A program made the position numbers and the translations under genes. A DNA stretch of 62,915 bases, counting the filler, from Octopus bimaculoides (lineage: Eukaryota): NCBI RefSeq assembly GCF_001194135.2. It is 8 parts of 7 records of this genome, joined end to end, with 100 filler letters (N's around TTAATTAATTAA, not from the genome) between each part and the next. Parts side by side here need not be neighbours in the genome. Positions count along the whole stretch, not along the records: positions 1 to 11,345 come from NC_068982.1; positions 11,446 to 18,608 come from NC_068993.1; 6 more parts are not named here. The stretch is one strand, 5' to 3'. This document shows, in pieces, positions 1 through 12,525 of the stretch (the first letter of the stretch is position 1; each line of letters begins with the position of its first letter). The notes below the pieces were generated by a model that had not been told where the DNA came from, ran no database searches, and saw nothing but the letters and a program-made list of their open reading frames with translations.

Positions 1-290
1 TTACAGAGTGCATTTCGTGTGAAGCGGTGAAAAGACTGCTATGTTTTGGAGTTGAAAATATAGTAAAAACATCTAAAAATATAACAAAACAACTACTTAT
101 ATCGGCGGCATTCCTGTAGAAGAGAGTCGGAAATATCTTGTGCGCTAAAAATCATTATTTTTCGGATGAATGTTTTAAGCATCGACGATTCTGTAGAGAT
201 CATAATTGGTTTCGAAGGCGCTCAGATATTATTTGCAAATAATATTCACAAATTTTAAGTTATATCCTCGGTGCACCTTGATCTAAATTA

Positions 291-456
291 CCATATTTTA
301 AGGTGTATAAGGAACCCTCTAATTTTGGGGGCTTAAAATTTGGAAAAAAGGTTTTGTAAGGGATTATAATACTATGTATATATAAGAAACTCCTGTGTTT
401 TTTTAAACCGAATTTTCGACCAAAAAAAGGGGCTCCTTATACACGTTAAAGTACGG
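291..456. mobile_element. Tc1/pogo-type MITE
   Basis: Imperfect TIRs ccatattttaaggtgtataagg / ccttatacacgttaaagtacgg, with TA on both flanks (289-290, 457-458). Confidence 0.6.
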
Positions 457-649
457 TATATTCTCGGTGCACCTTGTGACACCATGCAAGTGTATCGTTT
501 GATAAGAACAATTCCGCCTCTTAAAGGAAGGAACGGTCATGGCTTGGGTTGCTATAGATTTCCTCTGTGATGGATAACCTGCAGTTAAACAGCAAGATTC
601 TCATTTAGTCTCATGTTTAATTCTTTCCATCCATTCTGTAAGAGTTTGA

Positions 650-900
650 CACACACACACAAACACACCTCTGCACCTCTTTCCTTCTCTCGCTCTCTCT
701 CTCTCCCCATGACTCTCTCTGATATTTTCATTCCTCTATGTCACACCAGCCTCTCTTTCCTTCTCTCCCTCTCACACTTCCCTGGCTTTCCTTCTCTCTC
801 CTACGCACGCCTACCTCTCACTACTCCCTCTCTCTCAGATACACACTCTCTCTCGCCACCCTTTCTTTCTCTTTCTCCTACGAGTGCCCTACTTTCCATT
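650..900. repeat. CT-rich low-complexity tract
   Basis: Degenerate (ct)n; explains the Ser/Leu-rich ORFs at 613-1059 and 738-980. Confidence 0.85.
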
Positions 901-989
901 TCGTCTTCTGTGAAGGCGGGGAATTACTGCAGCGTTTTTCAAACTTTTGTTTGTCGCCGCCCATTTTGTTCATCTCGTGACCCACTGAA

Positions 990-1140
990 GGATTCGTGGT
1001 TAGGGCATTTGACTCACGATCGTGAGGTCGTGAGGTCACTTCCTGACAGCACGTTGTGACTTTGGGCCAGACTTTTTTTATTTCACGTTGCTCCAGTCTA
1101 CTCACCTGGCTAAAATGAGCTGTACCTGTGATTCAACGGG
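990..1140 (+). mobile_element. tRNA-derived SINE fragment (family E here)
   Basis: Head gtggttagggcatttgactcacgatcgtgagg followed by tttatttcacgttgctccagtctactca; related copies at 31560-31846 (-), 50920-51120 (-) and 53228-53460 (+). Confidence 0.7.
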
Positions 1141-1579
1141 GTTGTATTAACCCTACCATCAAGAATTATGATCGGCACTTGCTCTTGAAAGATTCCACAC
1201 CGTTTCCTTCATCAAGTTTCTCTCACAATGCTTTGATGAACCCAAAGGCTACTGTAGTGCCATTTAGTGAAATTGAACCCCAAATCACATAGTTTAGAAG
1301 TATATGTCTTAGCCATACAGCCAGACTCCCACCTCTTTCTCTCACTCTCTCTCTCTCACTCTCAAACATTTTTATCCCATTTTCAAACACATATTTTCCC
1401 CTTCTTATAGGGAGAATATGTCTCACACACACACACACACACACACACAAGCACACATATACACACATGCACACACGTACACACATGCTCTCTCCCTCTC
1501 TCCCTCTCAAGATAAGTTGATTATAAATTTATTCTCTTCATTAAGTATGAATTCAGTGACCATATATCAAGTCACATGT

Positions 1580-1622
<43 letters not shown>

Positions 1623-1701
1623 ACTGATGTTCCAGTAATGCTGTTGTTGTTGTTGTTGTTGCTATGTAACCGAGTCCTACCCACAGACCATGACCATTTC
1701 A

Positions 1702-2060
1702 TACTCTTTTACTTGTTTCAGTCATTTGACTGCGGCCATGCTGGAGCACTGCCTTTAGTCGAGCAATTCGACCCTAGGACTTATTCTTTGTGAGCCTAAT
1801 ACTTATTCTATCAGTCTCTTTTGCCGAACAGCTAAGTTACGGGGACAAACACAGACACATAAACATATACACACACACATACACATACATATATACAACG
1901 GGCTTCTGTCAGTTTCCGTCTACCAAATCCACTCACAAGGCTTTGGTCGGCTGAGAGGCTATAGTAGAAGACACTTGCTCAAGGTGCCACGCAGTGGGAC
2001 TGAACCCGGAACCATGTGGTTCGTAAGCAAGCTACTTATCACACAGCCACTCCTACGCCT
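1702..2060 (-). mobile_element. tRNA-derived SINE, family A (CORE-like middle, internal (TA/TG)n)
   Basis: Reverse complement reads aggcgtaggagtggctgtgtg...ggttccgggttcagtcccactgcgtggcaccttgagcaagtgtcttctactatag... with tail gactgaaacaagtaaaagag. A/B-box-like motifs are visible and there are many copies in the window. Confidence 0.85.
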
Positions 2061-2489
2061 ATGTACCAAGTCTTAGAATTGGCACTTCACAATTCCAAGT
2101 TCAAACCTTTGACTAAATTTTGATGGAAGCTGTGAGTCATTAAGTTGAAGTAGTTAATTCTAAAAATTCCTCGAGATGGTACTCCAGCATGGCCACAGCC
2201 TTATGACTGAAACAACTGAAGGATTAAAAACGAAAGATAAAAGTTGTCACGGCAACACCCTCGACGTTCTTACCATTGAGAAGAAAATCCCATGAAAAGT
2301 GTAATTGTCGTTTTGGAAATCTGTGAACAGCAATTCTTTTGTTCCCCAAAATCATGTGAAAAAGGCAAAAAACGAATTCTGAAAAGAAGCAAATATTTGC
2401 CAAAAGTGCAGACCAGGATAGCATCGGGAAGAATGAATGAATGAATGAATGAAAGAGTTAGGGTTATTTTGGTCTTTTTTTTAAATATT

Positions 2490-2702
2490 GGTTTCAAATT
2501 TTGGCACCAGGCCAGCAATTTCAGGGGAGGGATAAGTCGATTACATTGACCCCAGTACTCAACTGGTACTTGTTTTATTGGCCCTCAAAGAATGAAAGGC
2601 AAAGTTAATCTCAATGGAATTTGAACTCCAAGCGTTAAGATGGATGAAACGCTACTAAGTATCTTGTTTGGCATGCAAATGATTCTGCAAGCTCACCATC
2701 TT
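2490..2702 (-). mobile_element. tRNA-derived SINE, family B
   Basis: Matches the window consensus ggcgagctggcagaatcgttagc...gagttcaaattcc...gactttgcctttcatcc...ggccttgtgccaaaatttgaaacc in reverse. Confidence 0.8.
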
Positions 2703-2784
2703 AATAATAATAATAATAACAATAATAATAATGATAATAATAATAACAATGATAATAATAATAACAATAATTTCTTCCCACTAT

Positions 2785-3181
2785 GACCAATGCCAGTGGC
2801 ATGTAAAAAGCACCATTTGAGCGTGGCTGAAGCCAGTGCCGCCTGATTGGCACCTGTGCCAGTGGCATGTAAAAAGCACCATTTGAGCGTGGCTGAAGCC
2901 AGTGCTGCCTGACTGGCACCTGTGCCAGTGACATGTAAAATATATCATTCAAGCGTGGCTGATGCCAGTGCCACTTGGCTGGTTTCTGTGCTGGCGACAC
3001 GTAAAAAGCACCCACTACACTCTTGGAGTGGTTGGCATTAGGAAGGGCATCCAACTGTAGAAACCTTGCCAAATCAAATTGAGGCCTGGTGCAGCCTCCA
3101 GGCTTGCCAGTCTTTAGTCAAACTGTCCAACCCATGCCAGCATGGAAAACAGACGTTAAATGACAATGATGATGATGATGA
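2785..3181 (+). mobile_element. 3' UTR of RTE-clade LINE with internal 66-bp tandem triplication
   Basis: Ends ccatgccagcatggaaaacagacgttaaatga(tga)n, like the RTE copy at 8690-9227; 66-bp units start at 2791, 2857 and 2923. Confidence 0.75.
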
Positions 3182-3860
3182 TAGCTTTCATTATTACAAA
3201 CTCAACATCAACCCAAATGAAGTCTAAACAAATCTGAGTCCTTCTCAAATTAACGAAATAATAAATGAAAAAAATCCCTAGACATTTGTCCTCCGAGCTA
3301 GAGCCAGTTTCAGCCAGGTTGGTAACAAAAGGGTTAAACATACAGCCTGCTTAATAATGTCTGCTTCCGATAATGTTTTAACAACAACCATGACATTAAA
3401 TGATAACATCCCCTCTCATTCTCCAATAAACCATTACCATATCACGTTTACAATACGATGTTAATATCAATGTTATGTTTTTTATACCATATTGTTATCG
3501 CTGTTGTTTTTACATTACCATTTTGATGTCCGAATCTTTGCTGTACTATTTTGATATCAGTATTTACAATATGTTTATAATACCATATTGATGTCCTTGA
3601 TGTGTTTACAATATTGTGTTAATATCAGTATTTACAATGTTTGTATTAGTATTGTATTGTTTATATGTTGTTCTGTTCACGGTGTTATATTATATCAACA
3701 TTATGTTTACAATTTATTCCAGTATCTATATAAAATATTGCTATGTTTATTGTTATGTTTATTGCTATGTATATCTCTGTTCTGTCAACAATATATATTC
3801 CGTTATGTTTACATTATTGTGTTTCTTTTAATATATTTATATATATTGCTCTGTTTCACC

Positions 3861-3996
3861 ACTGTTATAATGTCCATACTGTTATAATGTCCATACTGTT
3901 ATAATGTCCATACTGTTATAATGTCCATACTGTTATAATGTCCATACTGTTATAATGTCCATACTGTTATAATGTCCATACTGTTATAATGTCCAA
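3861..3996. repeat. 17-bp minisatellite (actgttataatgtccat) x8
   Basis: Seven identical units plus one with a terminal mismatch. Confidence 0.95.
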
Positions 3997-4163
3997 TATA
4001 CCATCTACTATAATAACACTCTTGTGTTTTTCTCCGTCACAACATATGAATGAGAAAGGAAGGGGTGATAGATGAATAAGGAAGGAAGGAAGGAAGAGGT
4101 GATGGCAAACTGGTAATGGAGCATTTCCACTCTGTGTGTGTATGTAAAAGGGAGGTATGTGGA

Positions 4164-4208
<45 letters not shown>

Positions 4209-4450
4209 AATGGAAGTGGTATGGTAAACATTCAATGCTGAAAATAAAAATCAAACAGCGTTTCAACTCTGTGTGAGTATATGTGTGTATGTGTGTACAA
4301 GGGAAGTAATTGAATGTATGTGAACATTGACAAGTGTATTAATTTGATTTAACATCCCTATTTATATATAAAATACAATAATTAGCCATCATTTTTGATG
4401 GCACAGGGCCAGCTAGTACTGTTATAGTGTTATAATGTCTGTTATAATGT

Positions 4451-4769
4451 AGTAAAGATTGTTTTGCCAACATAGCATGGCAGTCCTGGTTTAGGACTAA
4501 TGTTGCTGTAATTTAGCCCCAGGAGACATTGTATCCAGATGGCTATACAACACGATCTGTGTCCTTGTATTTTCGAACAAGGGAATCTAGCACCCCCACT
4601 CAGCTCAAAACAATATCTGTGTATCGCGATTTCCGAGTTATTGTTTGAAAATATAAGGACACAGATCGTGTCGTATAGCCAGCTGGAGGCGATGTCTCCT
4701 GGGGCTAAATTACAGCAACATTCGTCCTAAACCAGGACTGCCATGTTATGTTGGCAAACAATCTTTACT
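4451..4769. repeat. Foldback structure: about 130-bp inverted arms, 60-bp spacer
   Basis: 4451-4580 is the reverse complement of 4641-4769 with about 10 differences. Confidence 0.9.
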
Positions 4770-5319
4770 CCAAAGTACTGTTGCTGAATAGCTCACGTTA
4801 TGAGATTTTAAAAATAGTAATTTTCTAGTCTGTTATAAAGTCCAGTATATCATTGTTTCACTACCATTGTGTAATAATAATGTTCCGTACACCACTTTGT
4901 AAATCCCCACATCATGCTACATCATCGCAATGTCCAATGCCCACACTACATCCCCCATTCAGAATGGAATTCTGTTGTCTGTACGCTTGTGATTATTGAT
5001 AAAAGCACAAATTCTAAGTTGAAGTGTTCAAAAATGAAATACGTTTAGACAATATCAAACCAATACTACGAATACCTCATACACATAACGACAATAACAA
5101 CAATATAGGTGGGTTTTCCCTTCAAGGAAGCCATATATATTTATGTTAGCCTGTTTTTTGAAGATGTCCTTGTTTTCTTAACTATGTGGGATTGTCAGGG
5201 ACCAACTGGTGACAAAGATAATATCTCCACACCTTGTTTGTGAAATTCTCATTCAGGTTCTATGTTGAGATTAAGCATATTTAGAAAATAATAATAATAA
5301 GAAGAAGAAAGATGATGAT

Positions 5320-5520
5320 TTCAAATGTTGGTACAAGGCCAGTAATTTTAGGGGGACAGGGTTAGTTGATTTCATTGACCCCCAGCACTCAAGTGGAACT
5401 TATTTTGGTAATGTTATAAGGGTGAAAGGCAAACACTTCTTCAGTGGAAATGAACCCAGAATGTAAAGAGCCATTTAGCATTTTGGGCCCATGTTTTAAC
5501 AATTCTGCTAACTCACTGCC

Positions 5521-5559
<39 letters not shown>

Positions 5560-6150
5560 GTTTCAAATTTTTGCCACAATGGCAGCTTGGAGGAGGTGTG
5601 GATGAGTCGATTACATCGACCGCAGTATTCAACTGGTACTTATTTTATCAACCCTGAAAGGATGAAAGGCAAAGTTGACCTCGGTGGAATTTGAACTCAG
5701 AACGTAGAGACGGGCGAAATACCACTTAGCATTTTGTCCAGCGTGCTAACAATTCTGCCAGCTTGCTTCCTAATGATAATGATAATGATAATAAAAATAA
5801 TAATAATCCTTTCTAGTATAGGCACAAGACCTGGAATTTAGGGGGAGAAGGCTAGTCAAATGCACCGACCCCAGGGCACAGGGATAAAAGGCTGAGTTGA
5901 CCTTGGTAGAATTTGAATTCAAAACATAATAATAGATGAAATGCTGCCAAGCATTTTGCCCTGTTTTCCAATGGTTTCAAACTTTGGCACAAGGCCAGCA
6001 ATTTAAGGGGAATTACATCAACCCCATTACATAACTGGTACTTATTCTCCTGACCCTGGAAGTTGAACTTGGCAGCATTTGAACTCAGAACATAAAGACA
6101 GACAAAAAACGCCGCTCAGTATTTTGTCCAGCATGCTAATGGCTCTTCCA
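5320..6150 (-). mobile_element. Chain of four family-B SINE copies, partly separated by (taa)n
   Basis: Repeated tttcaaattttggcacaaggccagcaattt...gaaaggcaaagttgacc...gaatttgaactcagaa blocks at about 5320, 5560, 5820 and 5972. Confidence 0.8.
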
Positions 6151-6179
6151 GTTTGTTGTCTTATATATATTCTATTAGA

Positions 6180-6562
6180 TTGTGGAGGTGCAATGGACCA
6201 GTGGTTAGGACAGCGGACTCGTGGTCATAGGGTCGCGGTTTCAATTCCCAGACTCGGCGTTGTGAAAGTTTATTGAGTGAAAACACCTAAAGCTCCACAG
6301 GGCTCGAGCAGGGGTTCATGGTGAACCCTGCTGTATTCTTTCACCACAACTTTCTCTCACTCTTTCTTCCTGTTTCTGTTGTGCCTGTAATTCAAAGGGT
6401 CAGCCTTGTCACACTCTGTGTCACGCTGAATCTCCCCAAGAACTTCGTTAAGGGTACACGTGTCTGTGGAGTGATCAGCTACTTGCACGTTAATTTCACG
6501 AGCAGCCTGTTCCATTGATCGGATCAACTGGAACCCTCGACGTCTAAACCGATGGAGTGCCA
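6180..6562 (+). mobile_element. tRNA-derived SINE, family D
   Basis: Head tgtggaggtgcaatggaccagtggttagg...ggtttcaattccc; body ...aagggtacacgtgtctgtggag...gatcggatcaactggaaccctcg; reverse copies at 21222-21590 and 25325-25685. Confidence 0.85.
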
Positions 6563-6647
6563 CGACTATTAGATTGATCTCTGTGCTTTCTTATTCTTAG
6601 TTTCCTAAACCCAGGGACCATGCAAAATAAAGTGTCAAGAATTTGAA

Positions 6648-6809
6648 TGCAGGCATGGGTGTGTGGTTAAAAAGCTTGCTTTCCAACCATGTGGTCTCAA
6701 GTTCAGTCCCACTGTGTGGCGCCTCAAGCAAATGTCTTCTGCTATAGCCCCGGGCTGACTAAAGCCTCATGAGTGAATTTGGTAGAGGGAAGCTTAAAGT
6801 GGCCCATCA

Positions 6810-6876
<67 letters not shown>

Positions 6877-7127
6877 ACGTGTGTGTGATCTTGCCTTGAC
6901 ATCATGTGATGGCTGTAAACAAACATTTCCACCATACAAGTGATATTGTTTATGTCTAGTCTTCTGTGAAAAGCATGTCCAGCCGAAGAGAAATATTACT
7001 TTGCTTGAAAACAATTGAAGGTTGGCAACAGGAGAGGCATCCAGCTGTAGAAAACCTGCCCCAACAAATTCTGTCTGACCCATGCAATCATGGAAAAGTG
7101 GACGTTTAAGGATGATGATGATGATGT
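6648..7127 (+). mobile_element. SINE with family-A head and RTE-type 3' tail
   Basis: Head as family A; ends catccagctgtagaaaacc...catggaaaagtggacgtttaag(gat)n, similar to the RTE 3' end. Confidence 0.7.
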
Positions 7128-7284
7128 GAAGGGGCATTGAGTAATTTGGTCAGTGCTCTACTGATTCTGTTCTGATCCACCCCTTTTCTATCCATAATAC
7201 CTATAATGGTTTCTGACACAGGTACAAACTTCATATTTAGCAGGGAAAGGAGACAGTTGATTATTTCACCCCCACCACTACATC

Positions 7285-7705
7285 ATCATCATTATCATCA
7301 TAGTTTAACATCCATTTTCCAAGCTGGCATGGGTTGGACGATTTGAATGAAGTCTAGAGAGCCAGGAGGCTACACCAGGCTCCAATCTGATTTGGCAGAG
7401 TTTCTACAGCTGGATGCTCTTCCTAACGCCAACCACTCTGAGAGTGTAGTGGGTGCTTTTTACTTGCCACCAGCACAGGAGCCAGTCAGGCTGACCTGGC
7501 ATCAGCCACGTTCGGATTGTGCTTATTACGTGCCATTGGAACGGGAGCCAATCAGGGGGCACCGGCTCAGCTACAATATTGGTTTTACTTGACTCAATAG
7601 GTCTTCTCAAGCACATCATATCACCCCACACATCAGGAGTATTCTTAACTGGGCCAGACATGCATGGCTGCAATCTCACTTTAGTTGCCGGGTCTTCTCA
7701 AGTTA
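7285..7705 (-). mobile_element. RTE LINE 3' UTR fragment
   Basis: Reverse complement of the 8830-9227 sequence, including its (cat)n tail. Confidence 0.75.
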
Positions 7706-7852
7706 ATTAGTTCTAGATTAGTTCTACAGGAGATTAATTAGTTAATTAGTTCTACAGGAGCATTCATTGAAAGCATCATTATTGAAATACATATCACCCC
7801 TCTGACGTGTTTAACATCCGTTTTTTTTTTTCCATTGGTTAAATGAATGTTA

Positions 7853-8300
7853 TTGGTTTCAAATTTTGGCACAAGGCCAGCAATTTCAGGGGACGGGGTA
7901 TAATTGATTACATCGACACCTGTGCACAACTGACTCTTATTTTATTCAAACCCGAAGGATGAAAAGCAAAGTTGACCTCAGTGGAATTTGAACTCAGGAC
8001 ATAAAGGCAGATGACATGTTGCTAAGCTGTTTACCTGCTGTGCTAACGATTCTGCCACCTCACCACCTTAAATATCAATAAAACTATTAATTTCTAATTT
8101 TAGCACAAGGCCAGCAATTTCGGGAAAGTTGGGTGTGAGTTGATTACATTGCCCCCCCCCCCCAGTCCTCAACTAGTCCTTATTTTATTGACCCTGAAAG
8201 GATGAAATGCAAAATTCACCTTGATGCCATTTGAACCCAGAATATAAAGAAAGACAAAGTAACACATTTTGCTCGGCAGGTGAACAATTCAACCAATTCA
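7853..8300 (-). mobile_element. Two family-B SINE copies
   Basis: Family-B blocks at about 7853-8060 and 8090-8300. Confidence 0.75.
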
Positions 8301-8419
8301 CTGCCTTAGATGAATCTGTTATTCACGTATTGTTTAATATCCAGATGCATTTCCTATTTCTAACTAATATCTGTTTTTCAAGTAAGAGATCTCTCACTCC
8401 ACACACACAATATTATATA

Positions 8420-8675
8420 TATACATTTAATTACTCCTGAAACTGCCTCACCTGTTTCATTTTTTCCTCCATTTTCTTTTCCCACTTCTCAACCAGTTTT
8501 CTTTTTTCGTTCTCCTCTTTTACTTTCTTTCTATACTTTTCTTCTGATAAAGGACTAGTGTCCAAAATGTTAAGACTCTTTTCCTTCATTTTTAAATGTT
8601 AAATTAATACAATTCGTTAAAACTTGTCTTACCTGTGTTGTCGTTTTCCTTTTTGTTTTTGTTCATTGCCTTCAC
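8420..8675 (+). mobile_element. Probable Penelope-like terminal-repeat remnant
   Basis: Pyrimidine-rich tract with a degenerate hammerhead-like core ctgataaaggactagtgtccaaaatgtt (GGAC/GTCC stem). Confidence 0.35.
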
Positions 8676-8689
8676 AATATATACATACA

Positions 8690-9227
8690 TACAAGACATG
8701 GGATGAGGTGGTGAAGCATGACCTTTGAACGTTAGGCCTCACAGAGGCAATGGTGAAAGACCGAAACCTCTGGAGATATGCTGTGACTACGAAGACCTGG
8801 CAAATAAAGTGAGTTCATGGCTGTATCCTACACCAGTTTCGCATAACCAGCCCCAGCCCATTCAAAAGTACCTTGGATGGTAGGGCGACCTGCTGTGCTT
8901 GAGGAGACCTATTGAGTCAAGTACATCAAAACCAAAATCAAATGGAAATTGTAGCTGCGATACCTGTGCTGGTGGCACATAAAAAAGCACCACCCGAACA
9001 TGGCCAATGCCAGCCTCCTCTGGCTCCTGTCCCGGTGGCACGTAAAAAACACCCACTACACTCATGAAGTAGTTGGCATTAGGAAGGGCATCCAGCTGTA
9101 GAAACATTGCCAAATCAGATTGGAGCTTGGTGCAGCCTCCTGGCTTCCCAGACCCCAGTCGAATCGTCCAACTCATGCCAGCATGGAAAACGGACGTTAA
9201 ACGATGATGATGATGATGATGATGATA
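8690..9227 (+). mobile_element. RTE-clade LINE 3' end (ORF terminus, 3' UTR, (gat)n tail)
   Basis: Translates as KTWDEVVKHDL*TLGLTEAMVKDRNLWRYAV, matching the typical RTE C-terminal pattern W..V..DL..LGL.....DR..WR. Confidence 0.75.
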
Positions 9228-9710
9228 TAGCTAAATGATATAGCTTAGAAGCAAAGGCAACATATAGTTAGGAGAAAATCTTGGTGAGGACAAGACCACC
9301 TCTCTAGCGCTAGAACCACAATTAAATATACCCAGTACACTCTGTAGAGTGGTTGGTGATAGGAAGGGCATTTAACCATACACACTATGCCAAAATGAAA
9401 CAGTTAGAAGTGGTATGTGGTCTACCAATTTATCTAGAAGGGAAGTAACTCTGGATAAGAACTGACTTATTCAGTGAAAAACATGTCTGGCCATGGGGAA
9501 ATATTACCTTACTTGGAAACAGGGGAGGCTTGGTGACAGACTGGGCATCAGGCCATAGAAAATGTATATATGTATTAATTTTGAAAGCTGCATTTCCTTG
9601 CTTTTGGTAAATATGTTGCTTATTCTTTGGTAGTTTTTGACTTATTTAGTCCCTCTAAGCGTGAGGCATTACTATATAGTTACTATATAGTTATTGCCCT
9701 TATATAAATT

Positions 9711-9739
<29 letters not shown>

Positions 9740-9764
<25 letters not shown>

Positions 9765-9895
9765 GTGTATATGTTTGTGTGTCTGTGTTTGTTCCCCCAA
9801 CATCGCTTGACAACAGATGCTGGTTTGTTTACGTCCCCATAACTTAGAGGTTCAGCATAAGAGGCCGATAGAATAAGTACTAGACTTACAAAGAA
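9740..9895 (+). mobile_element. Family-A SINE 3' half
   Basis: tgtttgttcccccaacatcgcttgacaac...tacgtccccataacttag...gatagaataagtactag, cut by a gap. Confidence 0.75.
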
Positions 9896-10862
9896 NNNNN
9901 NNNNNNNNNNNNNNNNNNNNNNNNNNNNNNNNNNNNNNNNNNNNNNNNNNNNNNNNNNNNNNNNNNNNNNNNNNNNNNNNNNNNNNNNNNNNNNNNNNNN
10001 NNNNNNNNNNNNNNNNNNNNNNNNNNNNNNNNNNNNNNNNNNNNNNNNNNNNNNNNNNNNNNNNNNNNNNNNNNNNNNNNNNNNNNNNNNNNNNNNNNNN
10101 NNNNNNNNNNNNNNNNNNNNNNNNNNNNNNNNNNNNNNNNNNNNNNNNNNNNNNNNNNNNNNNNNNNNNNNNNNNNNNNNNNNNNNNNNNNNNNNNNNNN
10201 NNNNNNNNNNNNNNNNNNNNNNNNNNNNNNNNNNNNNNNNNNNNNNNNNNNNNNNNNNNNNNNNNNNNNNNNNNNNNNNNNNNNNNNNNNNNNNNNNNNN
10301 NNNNNNNNNNNNNNNNNNNNNNNNNNNNNNNNNNNNNNNNNNNNNNNNNNNNNNNNNNNNNNNNNNNNNNNNNNNNNNNNNNNNNNNNNNNNNNNNNNNN
10401 NNNNNNNNNNNNNNNNNNNNNNNNNNNNNNNNNNNNNNNNNNNNNNNNNNNNNNNNNNNNNNNNNNNNNNNNNNNNNNNNNNNNNNNNNNNNNNNNNNNN
10501 NNNNNNNNNNNNNNNNNNNNNNNNNNNNNNNNNNNNNNNNNNNNNNNNNNNNNNNNNNNNNNNNNNNNNNNNNNNNNNNNNNNNNNNNNNNNNNNNNNNN
10601 NNNNNNNNNNNNNNNNNNNNNNNNNNNNNNNNNNNNNNNNNNNNNNNNNNNNNNNNNNNNNNNNNNNNNNNNNNNNNNNNNNNNNNNNNNNNNNNNNNNN
10701 NNNNNNNNNNNNNNNNNNNNNNNNNNNNNNNNNNNNNNNNNNNNNNNNNNNNNNNNNNNNNNNNNNNNNNNNNNNNNNNNNNNNNNNNNNNNNNNNNNNN
10801 NNNNNNNNNNNNNNNNNNNNNNNNNNNNNNNNNNNNNNNNNNNNNNNNNNNNNNNNNNNNNN

Positions 10863-11912
10863 TGCGTGTGTGTGTGTGTGCGTGTGTGCCTGCATGTGCC
10901 TGTGTGTGTATGTGTGCATGTGCGTGCGTGTGTGTGTGTGTGCATGTGTGTGTGCATGTGTGTGTGTGCATGTGTATGTGTGTGCATGTGTTTGCGTGCA
11001 TGTGTGTGTATGTGTTTGTGTGTGTGTGCATGTGTGTGTGTGCATGTATATGTGTGTGCATGTGTTTGCGTGCATGTGTGTGTATGTGTATGTGTTTGTG
11101 TGTGTGTGTGCATGTGTGTGTGTGTGTGTGTGTGCGCACATGAGTATCTTAATGTGTATTTGTCCCCCACCACTTGACGACTGGTGTTGCTGTGTTTACA
11201 GCACCATAACTTAGTAGTTCTGCAAAAGTACCAGACTTTAAAAAAAAAAAGTACTGAGATTGATTCATTTGACTAAAAATTCTTCCAAGCAGTGCCCCAG
11301 CATGGCCACAGTCTAATAACTGAAACATATATATATATATATATANNNNNNNNNNNNNNNNNNNNNNNNNNNNNNNNNNNNNNNNNNNNTTAATTAATTA
11401 ANNNNNNNNNNNNNNNNNNNNNNNNNNNNNNNNNNNNNNNNNNNNTTGTGGTAGTGGTTGTGGTGGTGGTGGTGGTTGTGGTGGTGGTGGTAGTGGTGGT
11501 GGTGGTGGTGGTGGTTTTGGTGAGGAACGTGCGATGATGATGATGGTGTTGGCGTTAGGTGTTGTGCAGGAAATGATGATTGTTGTGGAAGTGGTTTTGG
11601 CTGCAGTGCTGCCAGTGTTGGTATGGCGGTTGTCGTGATAGTAGTGGCAGAGATGCTGTTGTTGTTGTTGTTGCTGGTAGCAGTGGTGGTATATGGTGGT
11701 AATGTTATTACTTGTAATAGTAGTGATGGTAAGAATGTTTTGGTGAAGGTGCAGTTAATGGCGGAGATAATGATGGTGGTGGTGGTGGTGTTGATAGTAG
11801 CTTTTGGTTGTGATGATAATGATGTTTACTGTAATTGAGGCGGTGGTGGTGGTGGTGGTCGTCTTCGTCGTCGTTGTGTGGTCGTGGTAATGTGGAAGTG
11901 GTGTTTGTGTTG

Positions 11913-11944
<32 letters not shown>

Positions 11945-12505
11945 GGTGTTGGTGTTGTTGTTGGTGGTGTTGATAGTAGCTTTTGATTGTGATGATAATG
12001 ATGATGGTAGTGGCGGCGGCGGCGGCGGTAGAGTTGATACTGCTGATGATGGTGGCGATGAAGTTGGGGTGGTGATAGTGTTGGTGGCAACGGTAACTAT
12101 TGTGATGATGTTGATAGTGCTGCTGTTTGGTAGCGATGGTGATGATGATGATGACGATGACGGTAGTCATGGTTTTGGTAGAGCTGGTGTCGTTGGTGAC
12201 ATTATTGCTTATAGTGGGACGGTTAGTGATGGTGTTGTTAGTGGTTGTGGTGTTTGTAGTAGCCGTGTCTGTCGTGTTCATGATGGCACTATTAATGGTA
12301 GTACAAGTGACGTTCGTAGTAGCGCTTATGAAGACAATATGGCTGACGTTACGGAGATTTGGTAGCGTTGCTGCAAGTATTGATGGCGGTCGAGAAAACC
12401 GCTTTTTGTTGTTATTGTTGATGATGATGATGATGATGATTATGATGATGATGGCGACGACGACGACGACAACGGTGAAGATAATGATGATGATGATGAT
12501 GTTTT
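10863..12505. repeat. Compound microsatellite field: (tg)n, (ggt)n, (tgt)n, (gat)n
   Basis: Directly visible; source of the V/T/H/D-rich ORFs in the track. Confidence 0.9.
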
Positions 12506-12525
12506 AATTCTTTTACCCTTTAGCA

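Noticed and set aside
11390-11402. ttaattaattaa islands inside N runs (also about 18653, 28329, 32211, 46357, 53832, 60115)
   Set aside because: An identical 12-mer centred in similar-sized gaps is a scaffolding placeholder, not biology.
9683-12507. Long His/Thr/Val/Cys-rich ORFs and all X-containing ORFs
   Set aside because: Translations of microsatellites and gaps.
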